A DNA stretch of 64,000 bases from the human T2T-CHM13v2.0 reference genome, Homo sapiens. The position numbers were made by a program, and so were the translations under genes. This document shows, in pieces, positions 44,301-59,734 of the stretch (the first letter of the stretch is position 1; every line of letters begins with the position of its first letter). Location: NCBI RefSeq assembly GCF_009914755.1, contig NC_060931.1; one strand, 5' to 3'. The notes under the pieces are model-generated. The model ran no database searches. It was given only the letters and a program-made list of their open reading frames with translations, and was not told the DNA's origin.

Positions 44301-45903
44301 GGCCCTCTTCTCACAGCTCCAACCGCTCATTTCCCCTCCACACAACCTAGTAGAGGTTCTTCCTAAGGGCTCCATCCCTGCAGCAGGCTTCTGTCTTAAC
44401 ACCCAGGCTTTTTTATACATCCTCTGAAATGTAGGCAGTAGCTCCCAAGCCTCAACTTTTGCACTCTGTGTACCCACAGGCTTAACACCATGTGGAAGCT
44501 GCCAAAGTTTATGGCTTTCACCCTCTGAAGAAGTGGCCCAACTGTACCTGAACCTCTTTGAGCCATGGCTGGAACTGGAGCAGCCAGGATGCAGAGTGGT
44601 CTCCTGAGCCTGCACAGGGTAGGTAGTGGGGCCTTAGGCTTGGCCCACAAAACCATTCTTCCCTCCTAGGCCTCTGGGCCTGTGATAGCAGTGGCTACCT
44701 CAAAATTCTCTGAGATGCCTTCCAGGTCTTCTCCCCATTGTCTTGGCAATTAGCACTTGCCTTCCTTTTAGTTATGCAAATTTCTACAGCCTGCTTGACT
44801 TCCTTCCCTTAAAATGGGCTTTTCTTTTCTACCACCTGGCCAGGCTGCAAATTTTCCAAACTTTTACACTCTGTTTCTATTTTAAATATAACTTCCAGTT
44901 TCAGGTTATTTCTTTGCTCACACATATGAGCATATGTTGTTAGAAGCAGCATCTTGAATGCTTTGCTACTTAAAAATTTTTTCTGTCAGATTCCCTAAAT
45001 CATCACTGTCAAGTTCAAAGTTTCACAGATCCCTACAGCAGGGGCACAATGCCACCATGTTCTTTGCTAACACATAGCAAAAATAATCTTTGCTCCAGTT
45101 CCCAATAAGTTTCTCATTTCCATCTGAGACTTCCTCAGCCTGGACTTTACTGTTCATATCACTATCAGCATTTTGGTCAAAACCATTCAACAAATCTCTA
45201 GGAAGTTCCACGCTTCCCCTCATCTTCCTGTCTTCTTCCAAGCCCTCCGCACTGTTCCAACCTCTGCCTGTTACCCAGTTCTAAAGTCACCTCCATATTT
45301 TCAGGTATCTTTACAGTTATGTCCCACTCCTTGGTATTAATTTTCTGTATTAGTCAGTTCTCACACTGCTATAAATAAATACCTGAGATATAAAGAAGTT
45401 TAATTGGCTCACAGTTCTGTAGGCTGTGCAGAAAGCATGATGTTGCTTTCTGGGGAAGCCTGAGGAAACTTACAATCATCTTGAAAGGTAAAAGGGAGCC
45501 CATACCTCACATGGCCAGAGCAGCAGGAAGAGATAGATGAGGAGGTGCCACACACTTTTAAACAACCAGATATGAGAACTCCATCATGAGAACCATACTC
45601 AGGGGATGGTGCTAAACCATTCATGAAGAATGCACCCCCATGACCCAATCATCTACCACCAGGCTCCACCTCCAACACTGGGATTACAATTCAACATGAG
45701 ATTTTGGTAGGGACACAGATCCAAACCATATCATAAGCCGTTCTTGCATTGCCATAAAGGAATACCTGAGAGTTGGTAATTTACAAAGAAAAGAAGTTTA
45801 ACTGGCTCACAGTTTTGCAGGTTATACAAGCATGGCACAGGCATCTGCATTAGGATTACAATTCAACATGAGATTTAGAGAAGCAAACATCCAAGTTCTG
45901 TTA
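41342..45903 (-). mobile_element. MSTB-like MaLR with internal region (LTR 41342-41757, internal 41758-43346, second LTR split 43347-43356 + 45734-45903)
   Basis: Reverse MST LTR termini (...CATCCAAACTATATCA) and MaLR internal text; second LTR interrupted and partly deleted. Confidence 0.8.
43357..45733 (-). mobile_element. Complete MSTA-like MaLR (LTRs 43357-43775 and 45346-45733) nested in the MSTB-like LTR
   Basis: Two similar TGTATTAGTC...CCAAACCATATCA LTRs around a 1.57-kb internal region; TSD TAGGC/TAAGC. Confidence 0.88.
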
Positions 45904-46015
45904 TCCTCCTTTGCCAATCTCTTATCTGACAACCTCTAACCAAAATCTCACCAAAGCTATCAACTTGACTTTTAATACGTGAAACTTTACGGAAGTAAAA
46001 TTTCAAAGGGTGGAC

Positions 46016-46734
46016 TAAAGGAAACCAAAAGGTTTCACTCCAAAATATACTTCTTTTGAAATATTTTGAGATGGCTGTTCAGAGGACCTACTGGCAAAAG
46101 TAGTCCTGCAAAGTTATCTTTAGTGGGGGGAGATTTACATCTGTAGAGGAGCTAGAGTGAAGTAAACAACAGATACAAACAAAGCTTTTTCTGAAACTTC
46201 CTTTGTCCAGACCTAGGAAAATTTAACTGATAATCTGACTCCTTTAAAAGTCTGATGGAGCCAGATGTGGTGGCCTGTGCATGTAGTCCCAGATATTCAG
46301 GAGGCTGAGGCAGGAGAATCAGTAGAGCCCAGGGGTTTGTGACCACTGTGAGAAATATAGTGAGATCCCATCTCAATTTTTTTTAAAACGTCTGGCAGAA
46401 ACATTTACTACTGGCTACCCGCTATTTTCTCTGAGGGCTCCTACATATGAGGCTTCATCTAAATAACAAGGCAACCTTTTCTAGCCAGGTCTTTCTGTTT
46501 CCTTTCCTCCCAAACCTATTTTGCCATGCTCCTGAGCCCCTATTCTTTCCACAACCTCAAGGTGGTATGAAAGTGTCAACCATTTGACTTTCTTTGAGTT
46601 TTTATATTTTGTATGACTCCAGTGCATGCATGTGCACATAATATATTTGTATGCTTTTCCACTGTCTATTAATCAGTATGTGCTGTAGATTCAAATTAAC
46701 AAACCATCAGGAGAAAAATTTAAACTTCCCTTCA
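46016..46734 (+). mobile_element. 3' LTR of the ERV1 (MER34-like), containing a FLAM/Alu monomer at ~46257-46385
   Basis: Follows a PPT-like tract; TAAAGGAAACCAAAAGGTTTCACTCCAAAATATAC start; AAATTTAAACTTCCCTTCA end. Confidence 0.75.
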
Positions 46735-47070
46735 CAACATGAAAGGAATGTGAAAACATTATGCTAAGTGAAAGAAACCAGTCATGAAAGACCACACAGT
46801 GTACAATTCTCTTTTTAGGGGATATCTAAAATAGGCAAATCTCTAGAGACAGATTAGTGATTGTTTAGGGCTGAGGGTTATGTGGGGTAGGAAGGTGATA
46901 GTTAAAAGATACAGAATTTATTTTTGAGGTCATCAAAATGCTCTAAAATCTATTGTAATGATTGTTGCAAAAATTTATGAATGTACTGAAAAGTATTGAG
47001 TTGTACAATTCAATGACTGAATTGTATGATATGCAAATTATATCTTAATATAGCTGTTCAAAAAAAAAAA
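46735..47070 (+). mobile_element. 3' end of the interrupted L1MB-like element
   Basis: AACATG...GAAAACATTATGCTAAGTGAAAGAA continues the L1 broken at 26899 and ends in poly-A. Confidence 0.82.
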
Positions 47071-47329
47071 GAAACTCTAAACATCACTTCAAGAAATACT
47101 TGATTTACTGGATGTGATGTGAGGCCAGGGCACTGGTATATTTTTGTTTGTGTTATGTTTCTCAAGTGATTATAGGGTTAAGAAATAGTCTGTGCTCTTA
47201 TTTTCCTGGACAGTCTCAGTTACTGGCTACACTGCAGCACAATCCATATGGCTTTAAACAGATTACAAGAGAGTATAGAACAACAGCAAAGAAGAGTTTA
47301 ATGCATCCTGAAAGTTTAATCTAGAATCT

Positions 47330-47790
47330 TGTTACTTAGAGTGTGGTCTTGGGACAACAGCTTCAGCATCATCTGGGAGCCTGTTAGAAATACAGACTCT
47401 TGGCCGGGCGCGATGGCTTACGCCTGTAATCCCAGCACTTTGGGAGGCTGAGGCAGGCGAATCACTTGAGACCAGGAGTTCGAGACCAGCCTGCCTAACA
47501 TGGTGAAACCCTGTCTCTAATAATAATACAAAAATTAGCCAGGCATGGTGGCCCACGCCTGTAATTTCAGCTACCTGGGAGGCAGAGGTTGCAGTGAGTT
47601 GAGATCACTCCACTGCACTCTGGCCTGGGCAACAGAGTGAGACTGTTTAAAGAAAAGAAGAAGAAGAAGGAAGAAGGAGAAGAAATACAGACTCTTAGGC
47701 TCTAGTCCAGACTTCCTGAATCAGAATCTGCGTTTTGCAAAAGCTCAGGTAATCTGTAGACAGTTTAAAGTTTGAGAATTTCTGGTCTAA
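47330..47790. mobile_element. MER5-like hAT DNA transposon remnant split by an Alu
   Basis: CAGCATCATCTGGGAGCCTGTTAGAAATACAGACTCTT...TGAATCAGAATCTGCGTTTT...TAAAGTTTGAGAA. Confidence 0.7.
47402..47680 (+). mobile_element. Alu (AluS) with a right-arm deletion and GAA-rich tail
   Basis: 16-bp TSD AGAAATACAGACTCTT. Confidence 0.93.
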
Positions 47791-48052
47791 AGAATCTTCC
47801 CACAGACAGAGCAGCCATTTCTCCTCAAACTGGAAACATCTGTGCATCAGAGTACCAGGGCTGATCACAAAATACAACTTCCAATAGGAGAATTGAGATC
47901 TTTACATTTGTCACTGTTACCATCTGAGAAATAAATAGAGTGTTGGCTTTAAAAAATTTAAATTTGGGAATTGTTGTCCTGACTATGTCTCGCTAAAAGC
48001 AACATTGTATTAGCCTATCATTGAAAGAGTAGTTACAGAATGGCTGTAGTAG

Positions 48053-48801
<749 letters not shown>

Positions 48802-50239
48802 GAGCATATTTTATTTTTCAGAAAAACAAGTCTGTTCAGGAATGGAGTTCAAAATCAATGCAAGAATACAAGGGAAATCATTTTTTTCTAAAGTAATCTA
48901 ACACTGGAGTTGGCTGTCAGATGTCTCTCTCTTCCAGCTTAATTCTACATCAAGAATTCTTAACTATTCTTCTGCCAGACATACCTAAAATATGACACAC
49001 TCTTCCTAGGAAAATGCACATCTATGCATGTAATATAAGGGCATGAATAGACCCTCCTGAAGCCCATCCAAGTGGAAATGTAATGCCAGACTAAAGAAAC
49101 CTTTTTGTGGGGGGTGGGCAGAGCACTAGAGGAGTTGTTAGACTGAGAGCCCAATTTGCCAAAAATAGGCTTTATTAATGCAGCCCAGAATCATGATAAC
49201 AGTCAGATTGAGTTTAGGTATTTAGTTTGGTAAATTATCTCACAGCCTGCTCCTAGCTGGAATATCACCCATGGTTAACCACATCACAAAGATTATAATA
49301 TGAAAAAATGCACTTAATGCAAAATGTTTTGACCTTTACAGAAAAAAAAAAAACACAACACAACAGTAAGATCTAGTAGCTTCTTGGAGTCATTATAGAT
49401 TACAACTTTTACTGTTTTGTAGATAGATCTTTTACTATTTGGCTGAGTCTCTTTTATATCATTTAGGATTTCTTGTCATTAGCATTTTATTCATGAAATT
49501 GGGATCCACCTTCTGAGAAGTACAATGTGGCTTCTTTTTATAAAAAGGTGAGGCAGGCTTTCTGTTTCTCCTTTCTGTTTCAGATCCCATTATTTCTTTG
49601 CTGCTTTCAATTTTTAGTCACTGTCTTTATCAGCATTTGATTTTTGTAATTCAAAGCTCTTCTTATGATTTTAGTCAGTAACAGTGAATGTCTCTTAATG
49701 TATGAAATAAAAATGAGTTTTTACCCTATTATCTGCCGTTGTCTTTTTTAAAAATCCTGTCACTTCCTCTTTGAGGGATAAGAACCCCAGGTGGTTGGAG
49801 TGGATTGTCTCTTGATTGTACCAAAGATACTACATACTGATATCAAATTAGTTTCCCTAAAGGTTAATTTCAATCAGTGCGATTTTTGGTTTATAATGCC
49901 ACTTGCATGTCAGATAAAGGAAAAACTCCTTATCTTATTGTCCAAAGCCTCCACAATTTGATTCCAGCTATCTTTCCAGCCTTGTATTTCATTATTCAAA
50001 TACTGCACTATTTTCCTGGACTCCAATAAAATGTTTCCCAGGACTACCCCTTCCTAATCCCCAACACCACTTCCATCTCTGTTGAAATCAAAATTGCTAT
50101 TTTTTTTTCCTTGAAACCTTTATTTACTGTTTGATTTGTATGCCATCTCTCCAATCTGGGGATTTATTTATTTATTTATTTATTTTGTTTTGAGTAAAGA
50201 TTTATTCCTCTGCATATTTCCAATACAATTTCACTTTCT

Positions 50240-50700
50240 ATTTAATATTATAAAAACCTAAAACATATAACTTTATTGAAGTGTAATTTATGTACAATAA
50301 GCCATATTCATTCAAACTGTACAAGTCAATGAATTTTGATAAGTGATCATACTGTGAACTCACCACCACACTCAAGTTACAGAGCATCTCCATCGTCCCT
50401 AAGAGTTTCCTCACAACACTTTGCAGTCTGTCACTCCATCTACACCAGTCCCAGGGAACTAGCAGTCTGCTTTTTGCCACTGATGTTTGGTTTTCATGTT
50501 CTAATATTTTAATATAAATGGAATCTTATAGTATATACTCTTTTATGTCTGGCTTCTTTTAGCACAACAGTTTTGAAATTTATTCATGCTAATGTATATA
50601 TAAGTAGTTCCTGACTTTTTATTGCTGAGCATTCCATCATAGAAATACATCTTATTTACTTTATTCTTTCGCTGGTAGAAATTTGGTTTTTATACCCCCC
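50240..50700 (-). mobile_element. Old L1M 3' end
   Basis: TAACTTTATTGAAGTGTAATTTATGTACAATAA...ATAAATGGAATCTTATAGTATATACTCTTTT. Confidence 0.7.
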
Positions 50701-51219
50701 ACCACATTACAATATATTAATATTGCTTTTATCAAGTGCATTCAATAGCAATTACAATGATCACACTATCCAGAAATTTTAAGTACTTAGAGCCTGAGGA
50801 CACAGGAAATCTTAAAAGTTAAATCCAAATTTATATAGGTATTCTTGCTCCAGAAGAGTTATATGATAGGGTAATAAATAAAAGACATGCAAGCATGAAA
50901 ATATATTAGTAGGATAAAATTCTGTGGAAAGTGTGGAATAGAAAGGTGGGGAATTTCGCAATGATAAGAAGTATGTTAACTATGGTATTTAGAACCTATT
51001 ATACACATTTCAAAAGTGATGTGACTTTTATCTTTTTAAGTCAGTATTTACAATATGCTAGAATTTTAATCCTTTATCTCTTTAAACACAAAATTTTATA
51101 TGCCCATTTTAAAATGTGAATTTGAAAATAAAAAAAATAGAAGTAAAAACATTTGAGGACCCCTTTTCTCAGGCCCCACCCTCTGGCTCCTTAATTGTCT
51201 GAGGTGGGCAAGAATATTA

Positions 51220-51566
<347 letters not shown>

Positions 51567-52220
51567 CTAAAGTGCAGCAAGGTTGTGAGGAGCTGGCCTA
51601 AAGACAGTGGTCTTTCTCAATAGGACAATGTCGGACAAGAAGTAGAAAAAATGAGAGCCATATTGTTTACCATTTACCTGGGAGTGTTAGTCATCTGGCA
51701 AGGTTTAACTATTTGCAAGGTTTATAAAATACCAAATCAACAAGGCCTTATAGAACTTAAGCTTAAAAAAATGTCAGAGGGCCCATAACTATGGTGCCTT
51801 CCAATGATGAAACAATATTTGCAAGGCACTGTACCAATTATTGTAAGTAAGTGGAATTATTTCAACTGTAGACAGTTCCAGGCCTGGAGCACTAAGCCAC
51901 TTGGAGGTGTGGTGACAAAGAAAAATTAATTGCCAATTGTCCTTGGGCTCACTTGTTGACATTTTCCACAGCAATATTTTTTTCTGCTTACTGTCCAGAA
52001 TCTCAAGTCTGCAACTTAATTTTGTTTTTCACATCCTTATTTCTCCTCTATTCTCTTTTTGTGCCTTACCTGTTTTTTTTCTCATCTTTGTTTCCTGTTA
52101 TGATACACCCTATAGTGATGAAAGATGAAACCAGGATTTGAGCTCAATGCTAAATTCCACAATTAATTAGCCACGTGACATAGTAAATAATCTATAAGAT
52201 GGGTGTCTTTGTTGTTTTGT

Positions 52221-52852
<632 letters not shown>

Positions 52853-53319
52853 ATTTAGCATATTGCTTAATTTTAATTTATAGTTTTATTTAAAAATCAA
52901 ATTTTGTCTTGTTCCATAGTTATTTTTTATATGTGTTCTAACAACCCAACAATACTCAAGCGTGAGAAGAATGTCATTCATCTTGTTTGTCTCCTGCCCA
53001 AAGAGTTGCACTTAACCAACGCTCTAATAAATATTTGTTTAATGAATAGAAGACCAATCAGTTTAATTCAACAAACATTGTGAAGAATTGACTGTGTATG
53101 TGGAATATATTTGGTACTGTGAAGGTTGCAATGATTAATAAGATTTCTTCTCTAAAGGATTCTATCATCATGTAAAAAGGCAGGTAATTCAAAGTAGAGT
53201 ATTATGACAAGTTCTATAAAAGAAGTATGAGTGAAATACAATGTGAGCAGAGGTGAAAGGGTGATTAATTTTTTTAAATGTAAGTTTAGGAACTGATTTA
53301 TAGGAAATGGAAGGGAATG

Positions 53320-53632
<313 letters not shown>

Positions 53633-56569
53633 AATGGAAGGGAAAATCCATGGTAGGTCATGTTGTTTTCATGTGAAGTTTTACATGATTGTATTTTTAT
53701 TATTAAAGTTAGATAATCAGATATGATGTGATAGTTCATTTTGGTTTTTTAATATATTTGACATCCCTGAAAGAAAAGATAAAACAGTCCCATGACAATT
53801 ACACATAGAAATATATAGTCTTAGAATATTACCTTCTGACAATTCAAATGTTAGAACATCAGTCTACCAATATCTGTTTCATAATAACATTTTTGCATAT
53901 AATTATATAATCAGTTATGCCATTCTCCTGCCAATATGTTCCTATCTAGTGTTCTCTAAATATTTGTTGAATTCAAATGAAGTGATAAGCAGTGGTGAAC
54001 TAGAACTAGTGACCACAAAATTTTTTTTGCTTTCTGGTGCCAGGCACAAGTATATTATTTACTAAGTTGTGATTTATCAGAAAGTAATATAGACTTGGCA
54101 TGGACTTTTAAAAGTGTCTGACAAATATGATGTCAGGGAACATTTGGTGGTAATCTCCAACTGATGTGAATAGTTCAGCCATATGACTTACGTTTGACTT
54201 ACGTTTTTCAAACCCAGGGGATAACAATTTCAATGTGACTACACTATCTTAGAAAGATACTGGCATTTACCAAGTCATTGCTTAAAACTTCTCCATGAGA
54301 AGGTCCAATGAAAGTCACATGAACATACATAAACTTCAGTTAAGAAAAACATCAACCCAAAAGTCACTGAGCTAAGCTACCTTTCATACTAAATGACCCT
54401 TCGTCATTGGACATTGGTAACCTGATGTGTTTATGCTGCTGATAGAAGCCACAGTGCCATAGCAATTACTGTTTCTAGTTGCCCTAGTACCAGACCGGAT
54501 AAGCTCCATGTACCCTTCATGGAAGATTTTAGAAACCCACAGACTGTGCAAACTGTCTCTTCAAGTGTTAGAAAACATGTATTGAATTGATTTTTTCAGC
54601 TTGATATTTACCTTACAAGATAAAAATTTTACTTCACAAGAAGATTAAGAAAGAAATAAAATTAAAAATGTATTTAGTGGAACCTATGTATTCTCCAAGA
54701 AGGTAATACTCTGAGATGCTAAAGAGTCAGTATCAGGGATTATTTTCTAGTTACACCAGAAATAGGGCAAGGATGTCCTTTATTATTAATAGTGCAAGAC
54801 TAAATTCTGTGTTCCTTAACCAAAACCAAGTGTTCTCTTTTCAATCTGTTACCTCTTTTCATAGGCCCCCAAGATCTACATCTATAGTTACTGACTTGGC
54901 CTTCAACTTACTGAAAACTGACTTTCTCAATTACTTTGGTACCCTCAGACCTGACTATGAATATCCAGAAAGAGTTGAGGGAGAGAAGGAAACAATTATA
55001 CTTGACTAATCATGAGTGACTAGGTTAGGGTGGACTAAATTTTCCTGACTGGGTGGATTCCTTCTGCTACGTAGTTTAATAATTAAGCACAAACAAGTAA
55101 GAAGAGATTTCCACATTAAAATCAAATGCTGAGTTTGAACTTCCCTATTCTTTCCTTTCATTGACCCTTGCCCCACCCCTTGTTAAGGGACACTTTAGTG
55201 CCCAGGCAGATCCCCGAAGTCCTCTTTTATTGTTTGTTGTAAATTCCTTTCCCCAGGTTCAGGGTGCTTCCCTTTCTCCCTCCCTCCCATTCAGTGTGGT
55301 TTTGCCTCTTGCAGTCCTTAATTGGATCCCCTGAATGATGAAGTTAAAGCTGCCCTCTAAAGGCCTTTACATAAAATTACACACTTTCTTGGCTTCATCT
55401 CCTTCTCTGTCCTACTTTTCTCATTCTCTTGAATTTTTTCCTGAGAAAACTTTCTTAATAAATCATTTGCACATGAAATCTCATCGAAGGATCTGCTCTT
55501 GGGGAAACTGACCTAAGTCCAATTTACTCTCCAAATATTTAGAAACAAATTGTATATAAAAAATAAAGGAGGTTACCTTTTGCGTGAAAATGGTATCATG
55601 GGCAAATCCAAATACAAACTAGAAAAACATATTTGGAACCTGTAACAAAGTATAATTTCTTCTGTTACATAAAGAGCTCTTAAGCAACCAATTCAAAATG
55701 ACCGAAAATCAGCAAAGACAATATGAATGACTCAAATTTTCTGAAAATCAATTATGATTAAAATGACAATGAGATACCATTTTTACATTACTCTGGTTGA
55801 CAAAGACTTTACAAAGTATTGCAATACAGTGTTTGCTTGAGTGTAAGAAAGTAAGTACTCAATTTTTGAAGGAAGTGCTAACTGGATGCAATCTCTTTAA
55901 GAGTCAGCATCATCTATTACACTATAAAATGGACCTTATATACCTTTTCAACCCTGATTGCTTTCTCTGTCATTAAAAAAAATTCTGCAATATCAGCTGT
56001 CGCCCTGAAATTGTTTATTACTTGTTTGTCTGTTTCCTCCCACTAGAACACAGGCTCCATGAGAACAGGACTGGCTCCATGTGGCTTATTACAGTATCCT
56101 TTATGCCCAGGGTTTGGCATGGAATTAATTCTCCATTAACATTTGTTAAATTGCCACATCAATAAATTAAGTAGTTGGCACCTATGGCATAAGTTGAGAT
56201 GCTCCATGACCCTAGAACATTTCCTCAATATCCTTCTGTAATATCTGACATTCTCACTTAGGCAATCAGTGAAAATATAGAGACAGTCTATTAAAATGCA
56301 TTAACATGATTATGGTAATATATAATATAAATATATTTATATGCTTATGTAAGTATAAATATGTAATATAAGCTATTACAGCATGACAATCTGCATAGAA
56401 GTAAATTAGCTAAGGAACTGGAGCAAGAGAGAAGTACATTTTAACTGCGGTTTTGGGCCAGGAAAGATCGAATAATTTGGTAGAATGTAATTAATTGCTA
56501 ACAAGTAATTTAATTAATTAACTTAATTTAATGGATGGATGCTAGACCTTGGCTATAGAGTGAGGAGTC

Positions 56570-57290
56570 TTACGTGGGTTGTAGAGATTATAGTCAAGAA
56601 GATTCCTAAAATTAAGATTCTTAAGTACAGAGGCGAAACCAGAATCAAAATCAAAGCAGGCCGAGTACTTGCAAGTGTACTACAGAGAAGCAAAAAAGCA
56701 GAGAAGTGAAAACACAGAGGAGAACTGAAGGCATCAGAACAGTCCGAGCACTGAGAAGCAGCAGGTTGCAGCAAACCCTGCGGCGCAGGCGCACGAGGGA
56801 CGATGGGAAGTCCACGGCATTATTATTGCCGGATGAGGAAGGGAGGCAATGGAGGTACCAGCAGATTTAAATAGACATATGATAAAAATAATGGATATTC
56901 CCCAGTGTTGCCATTGGGAATATAGAAGGGGGCAGAGTTGAGGTGGGTAACAACCAACCTCCGTTCCTTCTGGTAACACCGTTTTCCATTGCTCAGGGGC
57001 GGCCAGGGCTGCCCTTGACTGTGGACGGCGACGCCACAGGAGACCGAGGGTCCTGGGCACAGATTGGTTTTAGCCAAACCTACGGTTTGAGTCCTTGGTT
57101 CCAGCCACACCCCTTGTGGCACTTTCTAGAATTTTCTCTCCCTCAGATTCTGAAACTTTATCTCTTTGAAGATGGCCAGAAACATCTCTCAAGCCAGCAT
57201 TTCGATGGAACACATTTCTTGAACTGAAGAACTCACGTGGCCTCACCCCCACTGGTTTATTTTCCTCATCTGAACCGCTGAACTAACGCC
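56570..57290. promoter_or_regulatory. CpG-enriched, repeat-poor promoter/enhancer-like patch
   Basis: About 23 CpGs in about 720 bp by hand count, in AT-rich surroundings. NRF1-like GCGCAGGCGCA (56783-56793), GC-box-like GGGGCGGCC (56996-57004), E-box CACGTG (57234-57239). Confidence 0.5.
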
Positions 57291-57599
57291 CTCTAGGGCT
57301 TTGCCAATGGAGTAGATATGGCTCTGAAATCTGAATCCAAGGGATGAGACTGAAACTTGCTTGGTCTGGGGGTATAAAGTTGAGTGGTATCTGTTAAATG
57401 GGGATAATAGGTGTGCCTACCTGATGGAGTAGTATTAGAATTAAATGTGTTGATATATGTAGAGTGAGAGGGAGAAAAATAAGAGAGTGAAGGAAAGAAA
57501 GAAAAGTAAAAATGGTGGTGACTATTCAACTCTCTCTTTAGATTTAGGACTCCAACTAGATCAAAGCTAGTGCCCTTTGTCCTGGTTACTCATTTGTGC

Positions 57600-57911
57600 T
57601 TTTTTTTTTTTTTTTTTTTTGAGACGGAGTCTTGCTTTTTGAGATGGAGTCTTGCTCTGTCACCCAGGCTGGACAATGGTGTGATCTCCCCAACCTCTGC
57701 CTCCAGGGTACAAGCGATTCTCCTGCCTCAACCTCCTGAGTAGCTGGGACTACAGGCATGCACCACCACGCCCGGCTAATTTTTTGTATTTTCAGTAGAG
57801 ACAGGGTTTCACCATGTTGGCCAGGCTGGTCTCAAACTCCTGACCTTGTGATCCACCCACCTTGGCCTCCCAAAGTGCTGGGATTACAGGTGTGAGCCAC
57901 CTAGCCCGGCC
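57600..57911 (-). mobile_element. Alu (AluS) with a duplicated 3' terminus
   Basis: TSD CTCATTTGTGCTTT; GAGA(C/T)GGAGTCTTGC occurs twice. Confidence 0.92.
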
Positions 57912-59337
57912 CCCTCATTTGTGCTTTATATCACAATTTGTAGGCCAGTATGAGTGGAGGCAGACGTCACCCACTCTTCATTGTGTTTTTCTGAGGAAGT
58001 TTTATAACAAGTCTGGCCTTCAGTTAATCACTTGGCCAGGTTAGAAAGTACTATAACCAGGTGATAAAAGATCTCATAAATAATTCAAATTCAGCTTTAA
58101 CTTAGGTAAAACGTTTGTTTCTTAGTTTAAAGGACTTCTAAGTTCTTCCATCCCATGATGTGAGAAGTTAGTAAATATGAATACAGCACTTACATTTTCC
58201 TGATCAAAATTGAGTAAATTAAGTCAAAACATGAAACATAATTGCCAGACTGACACCTCTAATTATTTGGAGTAAATGAACAAAAAACAATGGTTGAGTG
58301 AAAAAAATTAAGAAATGAGGCAACCATTTTGTTAAAGTTATCTCAATCACTGGTTTTGAGAAAACAGTACTACACTGGGATCTAACTGAATGTTTAACTT
58401 TGAAGATATTTAGACTGTGAGCTTTAATTCCTTTTTTGAAAAAGTGAGGTTGATTCTATCAGCAAAATATGATGGTTAATTATACAAGCAGAAAGATTTC
58501 CATTATCTGCGTACTGTATCAGACAATTAAAATATTTTCTCCCTTCTCTAGAAAATGTCTGTGTTTGCTTAATATTTTTATCTTTATAAGATGGTAATTT
58601 GTCCACTAGAGGACAGGGTAAAGAGCAACCTTAGAATTAGCTAGAACTGGGTTTTGTAGCTTTGGACTGGTGGGCAAGTTATCAAATTTTTTCTAATGCT
58701 TATTTTCTCATTTCACAAATGAGTATGATAATTCTTACCCCAGAGTGTTGCTGCAATGTTTAAATGCAATAATTAATTGCTTAATTCTATGGAAAATTGG
58801 TAGATCACTTCAAAATCAGTTGTTGATTGGCTGATTTTAGAGATTTGGTAGAAATTGCTTTAATGTTAACCTGTCTCAATGAAATTTTAATGAAAGTCTT
58901 GCTGTTTTGATTTTAACATTTAAAATTATAACAAATATCACATGTTTGGTTAAAACAGTTTAGGCCATCAATAAATATTACTTGCAGCTTAAGTTTTTGA
59001 AATTGTAGCTGTTGCATGTTAAGAGCAAATAAGCCACACACAAGTGAATAACAACAATATTTTTTGTCAGCCATAAACAGTCATTAAGTAGCTAAAGTAC
59101 TAATTACATGCAACCTTGGGAGACTCACTGCTCTATAATTATCTTTACAACTGAGTATGTGCCTTTTGAAGTTTCTGTTTAACCCTCTAAAGTTATTTTG
59201 CTATTTGCTCTGGTTCTTTTGTTTTGTTTTTAAGCAAAAGGGTAGATTTTATAAAGAACTTGTCTCCATCTCCCAACCTCATGTTTGGTCCAAACTCTTC
59301 AAAAATTCTGAAGTGGAACAGCCCCCAATCCTAATAA

Positions 59338-59734
<397 letters not shown>

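Noticed and set aside
41411-45648. Cluster of overlapping 60-132 aa ORFs on both strands
   Set aside because: Chance frames in degenerate MaLR LTR/internal sequence; many start at TTG/GTG.
54184-54205. Perfect 11-bp tandem duplication TGACTTACGTT x2 (similar short duplications near 2728 and 11556)
   Set aside because: Ordinary slippage-scale duplications with no associated feature.
56553-57252. Several overlapping ORFs in the CpG-enriched patch
   Set aside because: No recognisable protein homology; expected from locally higher GC. Treated as a regulatory candidate only.
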